The notes: generated by a model from the sequence alone, not told the origin. 63,936 bases of DNA, filler included, from Gonapodya sp. JEL0774 (GCA_027604505.1; 8 parts of 8 records of this genome joined end to end with filler, not necessarily neighbours in it), one strand, 5' to 3'; positions 46,534 to 63,489 are shown, numbered from the whole stretch's first letter. Program-made: numbers and translations.

Positions 46534-48124
46534 TCAGAACGCAGCCCACAACCTCTCAAACTGTTCGGAGTACTGCTTCACCGCTCCTTTGTGCTCCAAA
46601 AACACCACGTTTTCGCGATCGTAGAATCGAGCCTGCCGGGTCCAATTGTAGCTGCCTAGAGCAATAACAAATACATTATGAGCGAGAGTTGGCGCCAAAC
46701 AAGGTGCTGATGCCACACAGATCGACAAACGCACCTGTGATGGCTGCCGTCCCGTCACGAATCATGAACTTGTTGTGCATCAGTGAGTGCCTTCGATGTG
46801 CAGAAAAATCACAACCGTGATCGATTAGCAACAGAAATCCACCGACGAACAGCGGATATGCGGTCGGTAGACTCACGGCTTGTCTAACTTTACAGGAATA
46901 CCGCCGCTTCTCAAAACACCAATCTTGCTGTTGGAGCCTTTCGATTCCTCGTCGTCCCCAATGACACGGACGCGGACGCCACGAGATACGAGCGCCAGCA
47001 AGGTTGCCGAAAGATCTTGGTCTGTTACGAGTAGAAGACGTTAGAGAGAAGCTCATTACGAGGAAATGAGTCTGAGAGGCTCACCTGTGATATTGTAAAT
47101 GCTCACGTCCAACTGAGAAACCTCGTTGAGACCAACGTAAACACGGGCAGCAGAGGCAGAGAACACCCATACTCACTGTCCTCTTTGTGCCCTCCAACCA
47201 CCTTCGCAGTTCCCCGAAACTCTCCTCACTTGGGAAGAAAACGGCCTTGACGCCATCCTTGGCGTCGTAACTCTGCACCACGGCTTCATGCAGGGACCCT
47301 TTCTTCCACAATCCTTCGAATTCGGCAGTGTAGTGCTTAATGAGGGCTGGGTGGTCGGTGATTAGGAAGTTTTCATTGTTCACGACTTGCGCGCTACGAG
47401 CCAATGAGCACGGAGCCGTCGAGTATTACATGGACCTAGTGCACGAGATGAGCACGAGAGCTCTCCGTAAAACTCACTTGCGCGTCCAGTTAAAACTTCC
47501 CGTCAACAACTTCTTCCCGTCAAAGATGCCGAACTTGTTGTGCATCATTCCGCTAGCACCACCCCATCCTCGCGACAGATCCCTCGTTCCTACACCACCA
47601 CTGCCATCGGTGAGGCCCCGAGACGTGTCGCGCTCACGGCCGGATTCCTCGTTCCTCAGGTCGTCATCGTCGCTGTCGTCATTGTTTTCGAGAGAACGAG
47701 CTCGGTTGCTTGGGCGGGTTTTGGGTTTGTCTTTCTTGGCGGGCCTGAGGGCAAGTTAGGGAAAAGAGTAAGACAAAGTTGCCTGAGACGTAAGATGACG
47801 AGAACGCAGATGAAAACGCTGCCAAGTTGTTAGCTCCAGAACTTTTCGAATATGCAGCCACCGTCTCGGAGGAACCAAACTCCACGATCATGATGATTCC
47901 GTGACTGTCATGCAAATCGAGTTCGACTGTCTCCACAAGCGTACTCACAGTACGTCCATCCTGACCGGCACTCCACGTTGCAACAAAACAGCCACGTCAC
48001 TGCCCTGCACTTTTCCTTGCTGCTCATCCGCGACAATGCGAACGTCCAGTCCTCGCTTGAAAGCTGCGAAGAGAGCGTCGGAGATTTGGTCGTTGGTGAG
48101 GGAGAATACCGATACCAGGATCTG
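46534..48124 (-). CDS. Phospholipase D/nuclease (PLD6/Nuc-like) protein with two tandem HKD domains; 5'-truncated, multi-exon
   Basis: Domain 1: VFSLTNDQISDAL..RGLDVRIVAD...MHNKFGIFDGKKLLTGSFNWT...NNENFLI. Domain 2: FFPS...RGVRVRVIGDD...MHNKFMIRDGTAAITG|SYNWTRQA...DRENVVF...FERLW. Confidence 0.88.
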
Positions 48125-48224
48125 NNNNNNNNNNNNNNNNNNNNNNNNNNNNNNNNNNNNNNNNNNNNTTAATTAATTAANNNNNNNNNNNNNNNNNNNN
48201 NNNNNNNNNNNNNNNNNNNNNNNN
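48125..48224. other. Artificial contig spacer
   Basis: 44 N + TTAATTAATTAA + 44 N. Confidence 0.99.
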
Positions 48225-48465
48225 ATCATTGGGTTTAATTGCAGATAGGTAAGGACTCTCTGTCTGGTGGCTTGACCCCGCTTTGCTTGTCCACGTCAGG
48301 ACACCGCAGCAAAGTTTATTTGCACTTTCATCAGAGGAACCGGTTATATTCGGCCAATCATGAAGGCATCGAAATCGCTGAAAGTGTTCGAAAAATACAT
48401 GTTGGAATGAGTGCTGAACTGCTGATAAAGTATCATCTCACATTCCGTCTTCCGATCACATAGTA

Positions 48466-50239
48466 TCACGGGGATCGATAACCAGCTCTCAGCAAAAGCT
48501 CCTGCGAGCACTTCCCGTGCCGGCTTGCCAGCTCTTCCAGATCAAGTGTCATCAGCTTGCCGTCCCTGACGACAACCTTGCCGTCCACCAGGTTGAATTC
48601 CACACCGCTGGTGGCGGAACAGTAGAGAACGGCCTGGACTGGATCGTGCAAGGCTCCCGCGAACTCGATCTTGCCTGTGACTTTCACGGCGATGATGTCA
48701 GCTGCGAAGCCAACTGAGAGCTGACCAATGTCGTCATCCCTTCCGAGGACTTTGGCACCACCTCTCGTGGCTATCCGAAGCGTCTCGCGAGCAGTCAGAC
48801 CATTCTTTTCTCCCAAATATCGCTGACCAAGCATAGCCAATCTCGCTTCAAGAAGAATGTTGTTGCAGTCGTTTGAGGCCGATCCATCCACACCAAGCCC
48901 CACTTTGACACCCAAGTCCACCATCTTTCGTATTGGGGCGATTCCACTACCAAGCCGCAAGTTGCTAGAAGGGCAATGCGCAGCGCCACATCCCCATTTT
49001 TGAAAACTCTTGATCTCAGAGTCAGAGAGCTTCACACAGTGTGCGAACCTAAGGTCCCAACATTGTGTTGGGAAACTGGGTTGTCACATCCGGGTAATGA
49101 AAGCACAACAGACACCATTCTCACCACACATCAGGCCCCGTCCACCCTACCCACTCTGCATACTCTCCAGGCCGTTTCCCAAACCTCTCTTCTGAGTAAT
49201 CGATGTCATTCTGGTTTTCGGCGAGATGAGTGTGCAAATGCACCTTGGAATAGTTTCGCGCCAGCTTCAGTGCGGACCGCATCAGTTCGGGGCTGACTGT
49301 GAATGGCGAGCAAGGCCCCAGAACAATGCGAAGCTCTTGCGAGATACGAAAATATAGCAAACGTGGCGATTAGTGAATACTGAGATGAGAGCATCCGAAA
49401 CAAAACACTCACTTGCGTATCGCTCTGGATCGTGATACTTTTCCACGAGTCTTCGCATATCCTCGAGAATCGCGTCTTCTTCCTCCGCGTACACATCAGG
49501 AGATAAACCGCCTTTGCTCTCACCGACACTAATCGCACCACGAATGGCGTGAAAGCGGATTCCTGTGGAGAGCGCCGCTTCGATGACGTCGTCCAATTTG
49601 ATACCATTCAGATAAATGTAGTGGTGGTCAACCCTGCGCAGTAAATAACTTGCTATTTCTGCAACAAACTGATTGTGAGGCTGGTGACAATACCCACGAT
49701 GTCGTGCATCCGTTCAAAAGAAGCTCTGAGCATGCCGTCTGGATAGCTGTCCGAGCGTCTGATGGCTGTATTTCCTTCCAAATACCAAATAATGTTCGCA
49801 ACCTGTATCGGACCGTCGGAGAGCATGTTGCAGTCAGACCGTTTTACACATCAAACAGAAGAACTCACCAACCGAATAACTCGCTTTCGGTTCCAATAAC
49901 CCTTGTCAGTGTCTGAAACATATGATGGTGGGTATTGATGAAGCCCTATGGCGCGACCCGCGAGAAAGTGTGACGTTTCACTCAATTCATCGAATCAGCT
50001 GACATCAAGGATCGATTCTCCTTCGAAAGAGTACCTACCGGCATCACAACACATCCGTCAAGGTCTATAACCTCATCAGCTGCCGCCTCCGTGAATGGCA
50101 TGGCGTCGATCTCGTTCGATGCTCCCAAAGCTATAATGATGCCGTCCGCGATCGCGATCCACGAGCCTGGACCGAGCTCAGTGTCCGCATCGTTCATTGT
50201 GACGATTCGTAGTGCATTTTTGAGAAGCAGAGTGGGCAT
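48466..50239 (-). CDS. Amidohydrolase, 8-oxoguanine deaminase-like, downstream copy (multi-exon)
   Basis: GFINTHHHMFQTLTR, DHHYIY, IRFHAIRG, GPCSPF, LHTHLAEN, FAHCV, AHCPSSNLRLGSGIAP, GLGVDGSASND. Confidence 0.9.
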
Positions 50240-50387
50240 TTCGGGCAGAAGATTAAGGTGGGAAGTGTGATGATCGCAGGTGCTTGCTGCGGCCAAGTGT
50301 ATGGTTATTCAGGTCAGTTTAAGACAACATTGGACGATAAGAACTTTAGTACGGTTACTTGAAAAGCATATTCTAATCATCGGCGAA

Positions 50388-52210
50388 TCAGGCTGATATG
50401 CTGGCACCGGTGTACCCAGATCTCTCCAACAGCGCCCTGGACGCCTCATTGTGTCGATTTGCCAATTCCTCCACGTCCAAAGTCGTCAACTTTCCACGAC
50501 TGACCACCACTTTCCCACCGACCACACAATACTCCACGCCGCCAGACCCGAAACAGTAGAGCACTGACTGAGCGGGATCATGAAGCGCACCTGCGTACTC
50601 GATCTTGCCAGTAACCTTGACCGCGATAACATCCGCCGCGAAATTGACTGAAATTTGTCCCAGATCATCGGCTCTGCCCAGAACCTTGGCGCCGCCCCGC
50701 GTGGCGATCCGAATGGTTTCCCTTGCGGTGAGGCCGTTCTTCTCGCCGAGGTATCGCTGAGCCAGCATCGCGAGTCGAGCTTCGAGAAGCATGTTGTTGC
50801 AGTCATTGGAAGCTGACCCGTCCACTCCTAGACCTACGGTCACTCCCATATTCACCATCTTGCGAACGGGAGCGATGCCGCTACCAAGCCGAAGATTGCT
50901 GGACGGGCAGTGGGCTACGCCGCAACCCCATTGCTGAAAATCTTTGAGTTCGTCATCAGAAAGTTTGACGCAGTGAGCAAACCTTTGAAGGAAAGGAGCA
51001 TGGCAACCTGGTCAGATACTTAGTCTGTTATTCAAATCCATTGAGGCACTGAAGACCTACCACGCATCCTCCCCTGTCCACTCCACCCACTCAGCATACG
51101 CGCCGGGACGCCTTCCAAATGTCACTTCAGAGTAATCGATGTCGTTTTGATTTTCAGCGAGGTGCGTGTGGAGATGTACTTTATGGTATTGTCGAGCAAG
51201 TTTCGAAGACGCTCTCATGAGCTCAGGGGTAACGGAAAACGGGGAGCAAGGTCCAAGAACAATTCGAAGCACTGGATTTAAGCCAAGCGATGTGAGCTGA
51301 GATTTGATTTTGTACCACAGGTGATCGAATTGCATAATGGCCCGCTCAGTTTCTCATACTCACTTGAATACGGATTTGGATCATGATATTTCTCGACAAC
51401 CCTCTTCATATCGTCCAAAATGGCATCTTCTTCTTCCACGCACGAATCTGGCGGAAGACCGCCTTTGCTTTCTCCAACGCTCATCGCTCCTCGCACGGCG
51501 TGGAATCGGATTCCCGTGGAAAGTGCAGCCTCGATGACGTCATCGAGCTTCAAGCCATTTGGATAAACGTAGTGATGATCGGCTCTATGACAGGATGTAC
51601 ACATAAACAGAGAATGGTTGCAACGGAAGCGATAAGCGTTATCCTCACGATGTGGTGCATCCCGTCAACAATAATTCTGAGCAAGCGGTTTGAACAGCTG
51701 TCCGGACGTCAGAGGGTTCCATCTCTTTCCAGATGCCATACAAGAGTTTCAACCTGCTCTTCAACAACATCGGCCATTGTTTCAAGAGTTCATTGTTCTC
51801 GATTGGCTTGTTTCTCCGCCAGAAAAGACACCGAGCACGCACCAACCGAAGAGCTCACTCTCGGTCCCCAGAACTCGAGTCAATGTTTGATACATGTGGT
51901 GATGGGTGTTGATGAACCCCTGCATGGAGTTACCGTGTTCGGCGAGCACGATCACTGATATATCGTGCATGCTTTTAATTAGAATCAAACCCCCCAACAA
52001 CGGACTCACTGGCATCACCACGCATCCATCAAGATCCACGACTTCATCCGATTCAGCCTCCGTGAATGGCATCTTGTCAATCTGGTCCGATCCACCGAGA
52101 GCTTTCACAACACCGTCTACCACCGCGATCCACGAGCCGGGCCCAAGTTCAGTGCCCGCATCGTCCATGGTGAGGATATGGAGCGCATTTTTGAGCAACA
52201 GTTTGGGCAT
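50388..52210 (-). CDS. Amidohydrolase, 8-oxoguanine deaminase-like, upstream copy (multi-exon)
   Basis: GFINTHHHMYQTLTR, GAMSVGESKGGLPPDSCVEEEDAIL, GPCSPFSVTPELMR, LHTHLAEN, GLGVDGSASND; intron positions match the neighbouring copy. Confidence 0.92.
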
Positions 52211-52482
52211 CGGGGATGATTCTGATTGAAGGTATTATCGGCGAAACCAGACGCATCGGGATCAACCTGATCAACGTCAACAGTGACACACCCCCGCGCC
52301 ATATCATCTGCACATAAAATCACATTCACTGGAACTTCACAAAACTTGTTGTTGGGGATAGCAACTCTTACAAAACCCCCGTATTCATATGATGCAACTG
52401 TACAAACTAGCAAAAGTTTACCAACAATGCCTTCGAAACGCCATCCATGGAGTTCCGAAAAGAATCGATTTAATTAAATCGG

Positions 52483-53372
52483 TCACGACCGAGATAAATG
52501 CCCGCTGGGTTCCTCGTATGCTGGCGGGGGGATGTCTGGGATGTTGGTGGACAGTACAGGTGCGGAGGGCAAAGGTTGCTGAGTTGCCGAAAAAGATTCT
52601 CGAGACAGGGCAGAGGGTGGTTGTGCGATAGAAGGCGACGGAATTGGTTCGGAACTGGGGGTTGGAGCCAGTGTCGCGGATGGTAATTCGCTGTATTGGT
52701 ACCCATCAGCTGACCCTTCGCTACTGGAGCCACTAAGTGCAGCTCCAGCAAAACTCCCACCATGACTGCCGTCTGCGACGATGCTTGCAGACGAACCATC
52801 CTCAGGGACTGGTGGTTTAGGCAGGGTTGCTGCCTCCTGGCATTACGAGAATTAGGGTGACAGAGCGTCAATAATCCGCAACTTTTGCACCAACTGGACA
52901 GCCAACACTACCTGATAGCTCGGTAGGAATTCTACTGGGGGTTCTGGGGCATTTGGAGTGTTTGTAGCGGGGGCAGGGAGGACAACGTAGTCCGGACCCA
53001 TGCTAGCAGCCGCCTCCCTGGTTCCCATTCCCACGAACGTCCCGTCACTCTGAAGGATCACATATCGCGATTCTCCCGCCGCTTCCGCGGCGTAGCTGAA
53101 GTCTATCACTGCAGGACGTTGTGAACGAGAGCGATGTCGCAATATGGCATCATGAGCCAAGCCCCTCCTCTGGTGAGCTACAACTGTTCTGCAGCAGTAA
53201 AAGCTCACAAGTACGAGAAAGAAAATAACCTGCCACGTGCCGAGGGAGCCGAATTGAATGGGTTAAAAATCACAGCACGTCATAACGGTTTAAGAGTCGC
53301 GCATCCCACGAGCGCTCATTGATGGGAATCCATGATTCTCACGAAGTAAAGGTAATAGTTGGTGTCCGCCAT
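52483..53372 (-). CDS. Small single-pass membrane protein with PY motifs (putative Rsp5/Nedd4 adaptor), 3 exons
   Basis: Spliced product MADTNYYLYF|VIFFLVLVSFYCCRTVV...FLPSYQ|EAATLP...DIPPPAYEEPSGHLSRS-stop; last exon 52836-52483 is 118 codons. Confidence 0.72.
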
Positions 53373-53660
53373 TTACGACTCCGATCCTTTGTGTGGGTCC
53401 CGGTTCCTGTGTTGCGACAACGATTCTAACAGACCCGCGCTGAGTTATCGAGAGCCAGGTCTTGGGGTCCATCCAAGCTTTGTTGACAATACCAAGTCCG
53501 GTCTCCGAGCAGAAGTATATCAAACGCACAATAGCCATCATGTATTTCAAAATCCAATTACCGCCACCCTGAAGCCTGCACCAGATGCTCATGATATAAT
53601 GTTCCTCCTCCAGCAGTAGACTCAGACACCACCCTCCAACTTACATCACAATCAAGTCTC

Positions 53661-56088
53661 TCATGCCGTCCCATTTTCAGAAGGTTCATCCGAATGGTAC
53701 GCCTTACGCCGCATTTCCGCAAGCTTCTGCCGTGCGGTGGTCAAGTCCCTCTCGAGCTCCAAGATCTTCACTTGTTGTTCCATATCCGCGATTCTGATCT
53801 GGTTCGCCGACATACTCGACACTTCAGCCACCGCCCGCTCCTCGGCAGATCGCTTGGAAGCGTCTCTGGCCGCTTTCACCAAAAGCTTGGTGGCCTCCCG
53901 AACTGCTACAGCCGCAGCCTCCAACTTCTCCTGCGACTTTGAGTTGGCAACACCCTTGACACGAGACGCTGCAACGAGCTGGGTCGTGGCAGCAGACACC
54001 TCGGTTGCTGCAACCACCAGCTCCTCCAACTTCCTGGTGCCCTTCACCACGCCATCCGCAGCATCCACGAGCAAATTGGTCGCAAAAGCCACAGCCTTTG
54101 CGGCAGAGATGAGCCCCTCGGTCCACCGGTTGTTCTTCTTGTAAAACGCCGTTTTGGTCGATCCTCCCCTCCCATGCGCGACAATCTCCGACTGCGTCGC
54201 TGTCGCAGCTTTGATCAGGTTAGCAATGGCTCCCGTGATGGCCATAGTGGCTTCGAGAATCGATGCGTTGACTTGCTTGTCCGTGGCGGTTGCACCCTCG
54301 ATGGGTTCGCCCATGAGCCGCGAAATCCGCGCTGCAGCCTCTTCGATGGCCTTGGCAGCGTTCAACAGTTCGTTTTCGACCGTGCCCGCAATGTCTCCTT
54401 CACCCTCGGTGACCTTGGAAACCTCTTTGGGAACGAGCGCCTCCACGGCGTGGGTGAATGCAGGCACCGTCCCCGAGAACCTCTGGTGCGCAGACGATAC
54501 GACTCCGGGGCGATATTCCGCGGGCACAGGGTCCAAAACACGCGACTTTACGCCTTCGAAGAACGATTTGGCGGTCGTGGCCATGCTTTTTGACGAGCTT
54601 AGGATGGACTCGAGAGGGGCATCTTCTGCCAGACGTGTGATTCCCTTTGCGTTGTGCAGGACCTGAGCGAGCTCGTGGGCAAAGTCGTCGGCGCTGGCAA
54701 TGACGTCGGTTTGCTCGCCCGAGCCCTACCACGGTTCGCAACACCGATTGGGATACGGTCAACTCGGACGTCTGTCATGCCAAACAGACATTTTCCCGTC
54801 CCTCACTCACCTGCAACATCCTCACATAACTCTCGCTAAAGTCCGCCGCAGCCTGCGTCACCTTGTCCAAGACAGTGAGCGTGTACTCGGCGGTGGCGGT
54901 GGTGTTGCCCGACGTGGCTTGGCTTTCCAGCTCTTCCACGGCTTCGTCAACCTTGCGACAGCACGAGTCCAGAATCGAGTCTGTTTTATGTTGAATGATA
55001 CGAGTCAGGAAACCAAATGACCGAAAGCATCGTTACACAATCGGAGACCCATTCGAACCAACCACACCACACCACCCCCTCCCTCCCCCGCAACACCATC
55101 ACCCCCACTCACCCAAAATCTTACTCATTCTCTCCTCATGCTCGTGCCTCAACTTGTCGATCTGCTGCACCAAACTCTGCTCGTTCTCCCTACTCGCCGT
55201 CTGCAACTGCACCAGTGCGTTCATAGTCTGGTCCATCCCTGCCGTCAGCGCCGCGCCGTCCTCGTCCCTCTGCTTTTTCAAACTGGCCGCCTCGGCCTCG
55301 GCGACTTCCACCCTCCTCCGCCACGCGTCCAGATCTTTCGCCCGCTCGATCAGCGCGCGTTCCAGCTCGCCCTTCTCGTGCTCGTACCGCTGGACCACGC
55401 CGGCCACTTCAGCGCCCTTGGAGGCCGCAACGTCGGCAAGTTGGCGTTGGGTTTGGTCGAGTTGTACGCGGATCTGAGACACTTCGCCGTCGTGGGACTG
55501 TTGGAGGCGGGCCAGGTCGGACTGGGCGAGGAACTTGGCGCGGTTGGCGTCCTCGACGAGCGTGGATGCTGCCTGTATCAGGTTGCGGGGGAGAGATGTG
55601 AAGACCACCCGCAACTCCTCCACCCATCGCCGCACCCCCTGTCCCCACCCGACTCACCCTCGCTTCAGCCTTTGCCTTCTCCGCCTCCCTCCTAGCCTCC
55701 TCAACGGCCCTCTTCTCCCCCTCCCTCATCTCCTTCACCTTCTGCAACAGATCCAAGTGTTCCTTCCTCAACGACGCGTACAGTTTCGCCAGCGCCTCGT
55801 ACTTGCCCCTCATCTGCGCAAGTTGCTCTTCCAACGACCGCGCGTACGTCTCGCGCGACTCGGTCTCGCTCTGCGTCAGGGAGAGTTGGTTCACCGTGGC
55901 TTCCAGCTGGGACGCGCGTGCGGTGAGGTGGGAGATGGTCATAGCGTCGCGGGAGGCTTGGTCGCGGAGTTGGGCGAGTTCATAGTCCAGTTGCTGCGCG
56001 CGGTTGGTGGCGGAGGCGGCGGCTTGTTGGACTTGGGCCTCTCTGGGGTGGTGGGAGGGGTGGAGCGGGGACAGGTCGGTGGCATACC
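53661..56088 (-). CDS. SLA2: Sla2/HIP1R endocytic adaptor (coiled coil + I/LWEQ talin-like domain), 5'-truncated
   Basis: KYEALAKLYASLRKEHLDLL; FYKKNNRWTEGLISAAKAVA; EVSAATTQLVAASRVK; MEQQVKILELERDLTTARQKLAEMRRKAY. Confidence 0.95.
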
Positions 56089-56188
56089 NNNNNNNNNNNN
56101 NNNNNNNNNNNNNNNNNNNNNNNNNNNNNNNNTTAATTAATTAANNNNNNNNNNNNNNNNNNNNNNNNNNNNNNNNNNNNNNNNNNNN
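56089..56188. other. Artificial contig spacer
   Basis: 44 N + TTAATTAATTAA + 44 N. Confidence 0.99.
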
Positions 56189-58865
56189 AGTGACTCCAGC
56201 TCCTCAACGGTGGAGACAAGTGCTTCACCAAGAGCACGGAGAATACGTGGATCACCAAAGGCTGTAATGGCATCGGATTTCGCTGATTTCATTGCAGAAG
56301 AATGAAATTTGAAGGAAGAGTCCTCGAGGGGTTGATGTCGACAATTATCACGGGCTCACCTTCAGCTGTGGAAGCGTTCCCAACGGCCAGACCCAATAAT
56401 GTGCTCGCATTAACCTTTCCCGCTTCATCTGCTCCACCGTCTCCACGTGCCATGGCAGCACATCGGCGGATGAGAAGAGGTTGCCGGAGAACCGCAAGAA
56501 TCGACATCCTGGTTTTTTCAGTAGATGTAACTGCAGCGTTACATTTTGTGGGACGAGCTGTAGTATTTCTTGAAGCTCACCTGCCATAACACATGCTCCC
56601 GAACAAGTATAGGACAGCACCGCAGCCCGCCGACGCCGCGGGTGATGGGTGGACCGCGTGAACCAGGGGACCGAGCGCAATTTGTAGGGACACCACCTGA
56701 ACAAGTGAGAGTGAGTCGTGGAGTTGCTCAATGAGGGGATGGGACTCGCAGGCAGCGGCTAGACTGTTAAACAAGTAGTCCAAGGTGAGCAGTATTCACT
56801 GAAACACCAGTACCACGGAGTTTTATTCACCTCTTGGCAGATGTAGCGCCTATATTTTGACCGCCGATAGTCCAAAGCCAGCCAAGTAATTGGACCATTC
56901 CAACGACAGCTGTTGATTGCGATTTCGAAGTGTTGGAGGTCAAAATGTGCCCCACAGACACTTCCGGCGGGTCGACAAGACCACCTTCTTGCTGCTGGAA
57001 TAGTTTGATAAGTTGCTCAAAGGTATTGAGTAGTGGAAGTGGCAACCCTGAAGGCAAAGGAGGCGGCTGACTCAGAACTGTTTTCATATCTTCCTCGGTA
57101 CGAATAATGAAATAGGAATAGCTGAGTCCTGGCTTAAAGCAAACGAGATACCATGGGCGGCAAACAACGTACCGGTGTCCCCCACCGTGATCTTCGCACA
57201 CCATTCTTCCAAGAACCACCTCACATGCTGCATACCTCGTTGACCCCCTTGCACCAACCAGTATTCACAGAAAGCACCGGCAAGTCGGACCAGCGGATTT
57301 TCGCCATACGCTGGAATCAGAGGTTCACGAAGGGACAAACGGCTGCGTAGAGGGTGTGATGGAATGAATGAGAACAAGAGTGATTGAAGTCTTGTCCTGC
57401 AGTGTGAGCCAGCTACCAGGATGACAGAGTGCGAGGACACTCTCACCGAGAATGCTCCATGACTTCACTTGATGCGGACGCTCCCAGAATCGCCAACAGG
57501 CTTTGCGTGCACGCTTCTCTCACCCACGGGTCTTCATGTCCACCGCAGCTGGGAACCTCCAAACGTGCTCCAGAAGCAGAAGGAGCAATTAAATCCATGC
57601 AAATGTCCACCATACTTTCGACACTTAGATTTGTGAGTGAAAAGAACCTCTGGGTCTGATGAAGGGGAAGAAGAAGGTCGACAAGTGAATGAGACAACGC
57701 GCGTCGTGTCGGGTTGGCAGAAAGACAAAGGAGAAGCCAGGCAGCTAAATATCAAAAATCCACAGTATCAAAATATGTCGCAGATGAATATCGATGCAGG
57801 TACAAACGTACGTAAAACGTATACCCCACTCGCACAATCTGTCTCCGCAGGACCTGCTACGTTCTCAATCAGTGCACCATTGCCACTCAAAACATGTTCT
57901 GTCGGTTCTTGCGCAAATAAAAACCAGATTCGATGGTCATCCGAAGCTTCCGAGAGTGACCTTATGAACGCTGTGAGACGCGGTCGTGGCGGAGTTGACG
58001 TCCGGTCAGTAAGTTGGTCCTTATGGGAACTCAATCCAGCGGCTTTTTCTAGACACGGTAATGCGAGAAGCAAGCGGTGCACCAGACAGGGGAACTAAAG
58101 CCGAGGAGTAACGGTGAGTACTGACACTATTAGGTGCGGCATTCGTGGTGGGACTAATGGCTCACCTGGGAGGCAAATTTCAACGTTTCCTCAGTTGTAA
58201 ACGTGATTCCGTGGGGTAGTATACTGGATTCCGTGTAATCGATCTCATTCTCAGAAAGTGCGATCGTCCACATGTACTGGGAGTTGATCGAATACGATGA
58301 AGTCGCCTGACGCCGAGAAAATGTATGTTGAAAGATGAACCTCCGCTACGCAATCCAGTGAAGGTGTCTACTGACTTCACCATCTGGCCATCCCTGTATC
58401 AGCGTTGTCCTTGGAGTGATATCATGAACGACTCCAACTTTGTTCTCCAGCCCATCCACGAGGGCTGTCACGCAATCCTCATGACGCATGGCTCCTGGCC
58501 ATTGTTTTCTTAGTGTTCTCCATCTGAGTCGTCTGTCTTCGGAGTCAGGGGAGTTGCGCGAGGCCACCGACCGAGCAACGAGACATGCAGCGTAATCCTC
58601 CCAGGAATAGCCCCACCTGCACGGCACAGAGGACGTAGAATCGCCTACAACTGATTTCGAGATGCCTGGCAACAACAGGTAGGAGTTTCATCTCGACTTA
58701 AAACCCAAATCAAATGAAACGATAATTGAACCCACTCACTACAGCGACACGGTCTAGCAAATAGTGATCCCAAACCAGATGGGCCAGATCCCCTGGAAGA
58801 ATGCTGTGAAGAGCTGTACGAACCCCGTCCGTTTCGTCGCTCGAAAGAGGTTCTGTAGATGTCAT
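56189..58865 (-). CDS. Probable multi-exon hypothetical gene, structure unresolved
   Basis: Series of Leu-rich minus-strand ORF pieces with GTGAG donors; candidate first exon MTSTEPLSSDE...WDHYLLDRVAV; no continuous model could be built. Confidence 0.35.
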
Positions 58866-59070
58866 TATGACAAGGAATCAATCTGCGCAGACGGTAGCTG
58901 ATGGATTTACACCTCCCGTATCCAGGTTTCCAGAAACTGGAGGAATAAAATTTATAAGGATTACAATGCGTCAACACTAAATATGGTTTCCTCATCTTCA
59001 AGTAGTCCGCCCACTCCGTTTATCGGGACCGGTGACATTCATCACCGACAGCGTTGCGCAGCCGCAGATG

Positions 59071-62489
<3,419 letters not shown>

Positions 62490-63489
62490 GGTAAAGAGTT
62501 GAGATTGCGACGCAGTTTCGAACCAAAAAGCAGCTGTGAGCCCTTTCGTGCACAGAGAACGGATACGGTTCAACCGTCCTCGGACCTCTGGGCCGACACC
62601 GCAGCTCGTCCCGACAGCGTTCACGTGCAGTGGCTGTCGCCAAACGTACCTCGAGATGCTTTTAGTCAGTCGACGACTTGTCGGATAACAAGGGCAGTTT
62701 CAGCGCGATTGTTGGTCACGAGATTTACGCAAAATGTCTCCCGTCCCGGCTTGACACGACATCGATAACAATACCTCCACGCAAAATGAAATGGACTAGA
62801 ATAGACCTCGCACTGGGAGTCGGTGGTTTTGGTTTCGAAGATAATTTTTAGCTTGAGAAAATCATGCTCTCATCTGTCTGATCTTTGAAACATTCATCTC
62901 AAAGCTCGAACTCTGTATAACGAAGCGGGAATCTCCGGGCTGTCATGACTTGAAGACTCATCTTATCTTAATAGTCTCGGATACCTTTGTCTGTTACTGA
63001 TATTATTGGTAGCAAGTCATTGGTCCTGTCCAGTTGCTCCTCATAGTCAATGATTTGCAGCAGCTTTTCCTTGTAGCTACAAGTAGATCTCATCGTGGCA
63101 CGGTGTTACATAAGGATGAAAACTTCGTCGAGCCACTCAGCGCACTGCAGTACTCGCTATGTGGACTCGCATCACCAACACGCGGAGTAAAGATATCTGC
63201 TAAACTTGTTCGCCTCGCATTATGATAAATTGTTCCTGCAAGTCATTTCACTCTGTTATTCTTAGGCAGCAGAAGGCAGGGTCGGGAGTTGAACTGTTGC
63301 TGTATGTAATTGACAAGGCGAATAATGCGTGACGGCGCCGGCGACACACGATCCATCAAACACAATTCACATCGCAACGCATTATTGTACAAACGGTAGC
63401 TAACTAATGGCCAATGTGCGTGGGACTGCTCAACCTATAAGTGGATCAGCTGCCCCCTCAACTCTTTTACAGTTCTGCATCTGCAAGCA

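Noticed and set aside
7946..56188. Seven recurring N44-TTAATTAATTAA-N44 blocks at about 8-kb spacing, superficially a regular repeat array
   Set aside because: Identical synthetic six-frame-stop linkers between size-sorted contigs; no biological meaning, and gene adjacency across them is not real.
56189..58865. Faint resemblance of the first exons to FANCF- or TTI2-like helical proteins
   Set aside because: Only a few residues match and the exon chain could not be closed, so no name was assigned.
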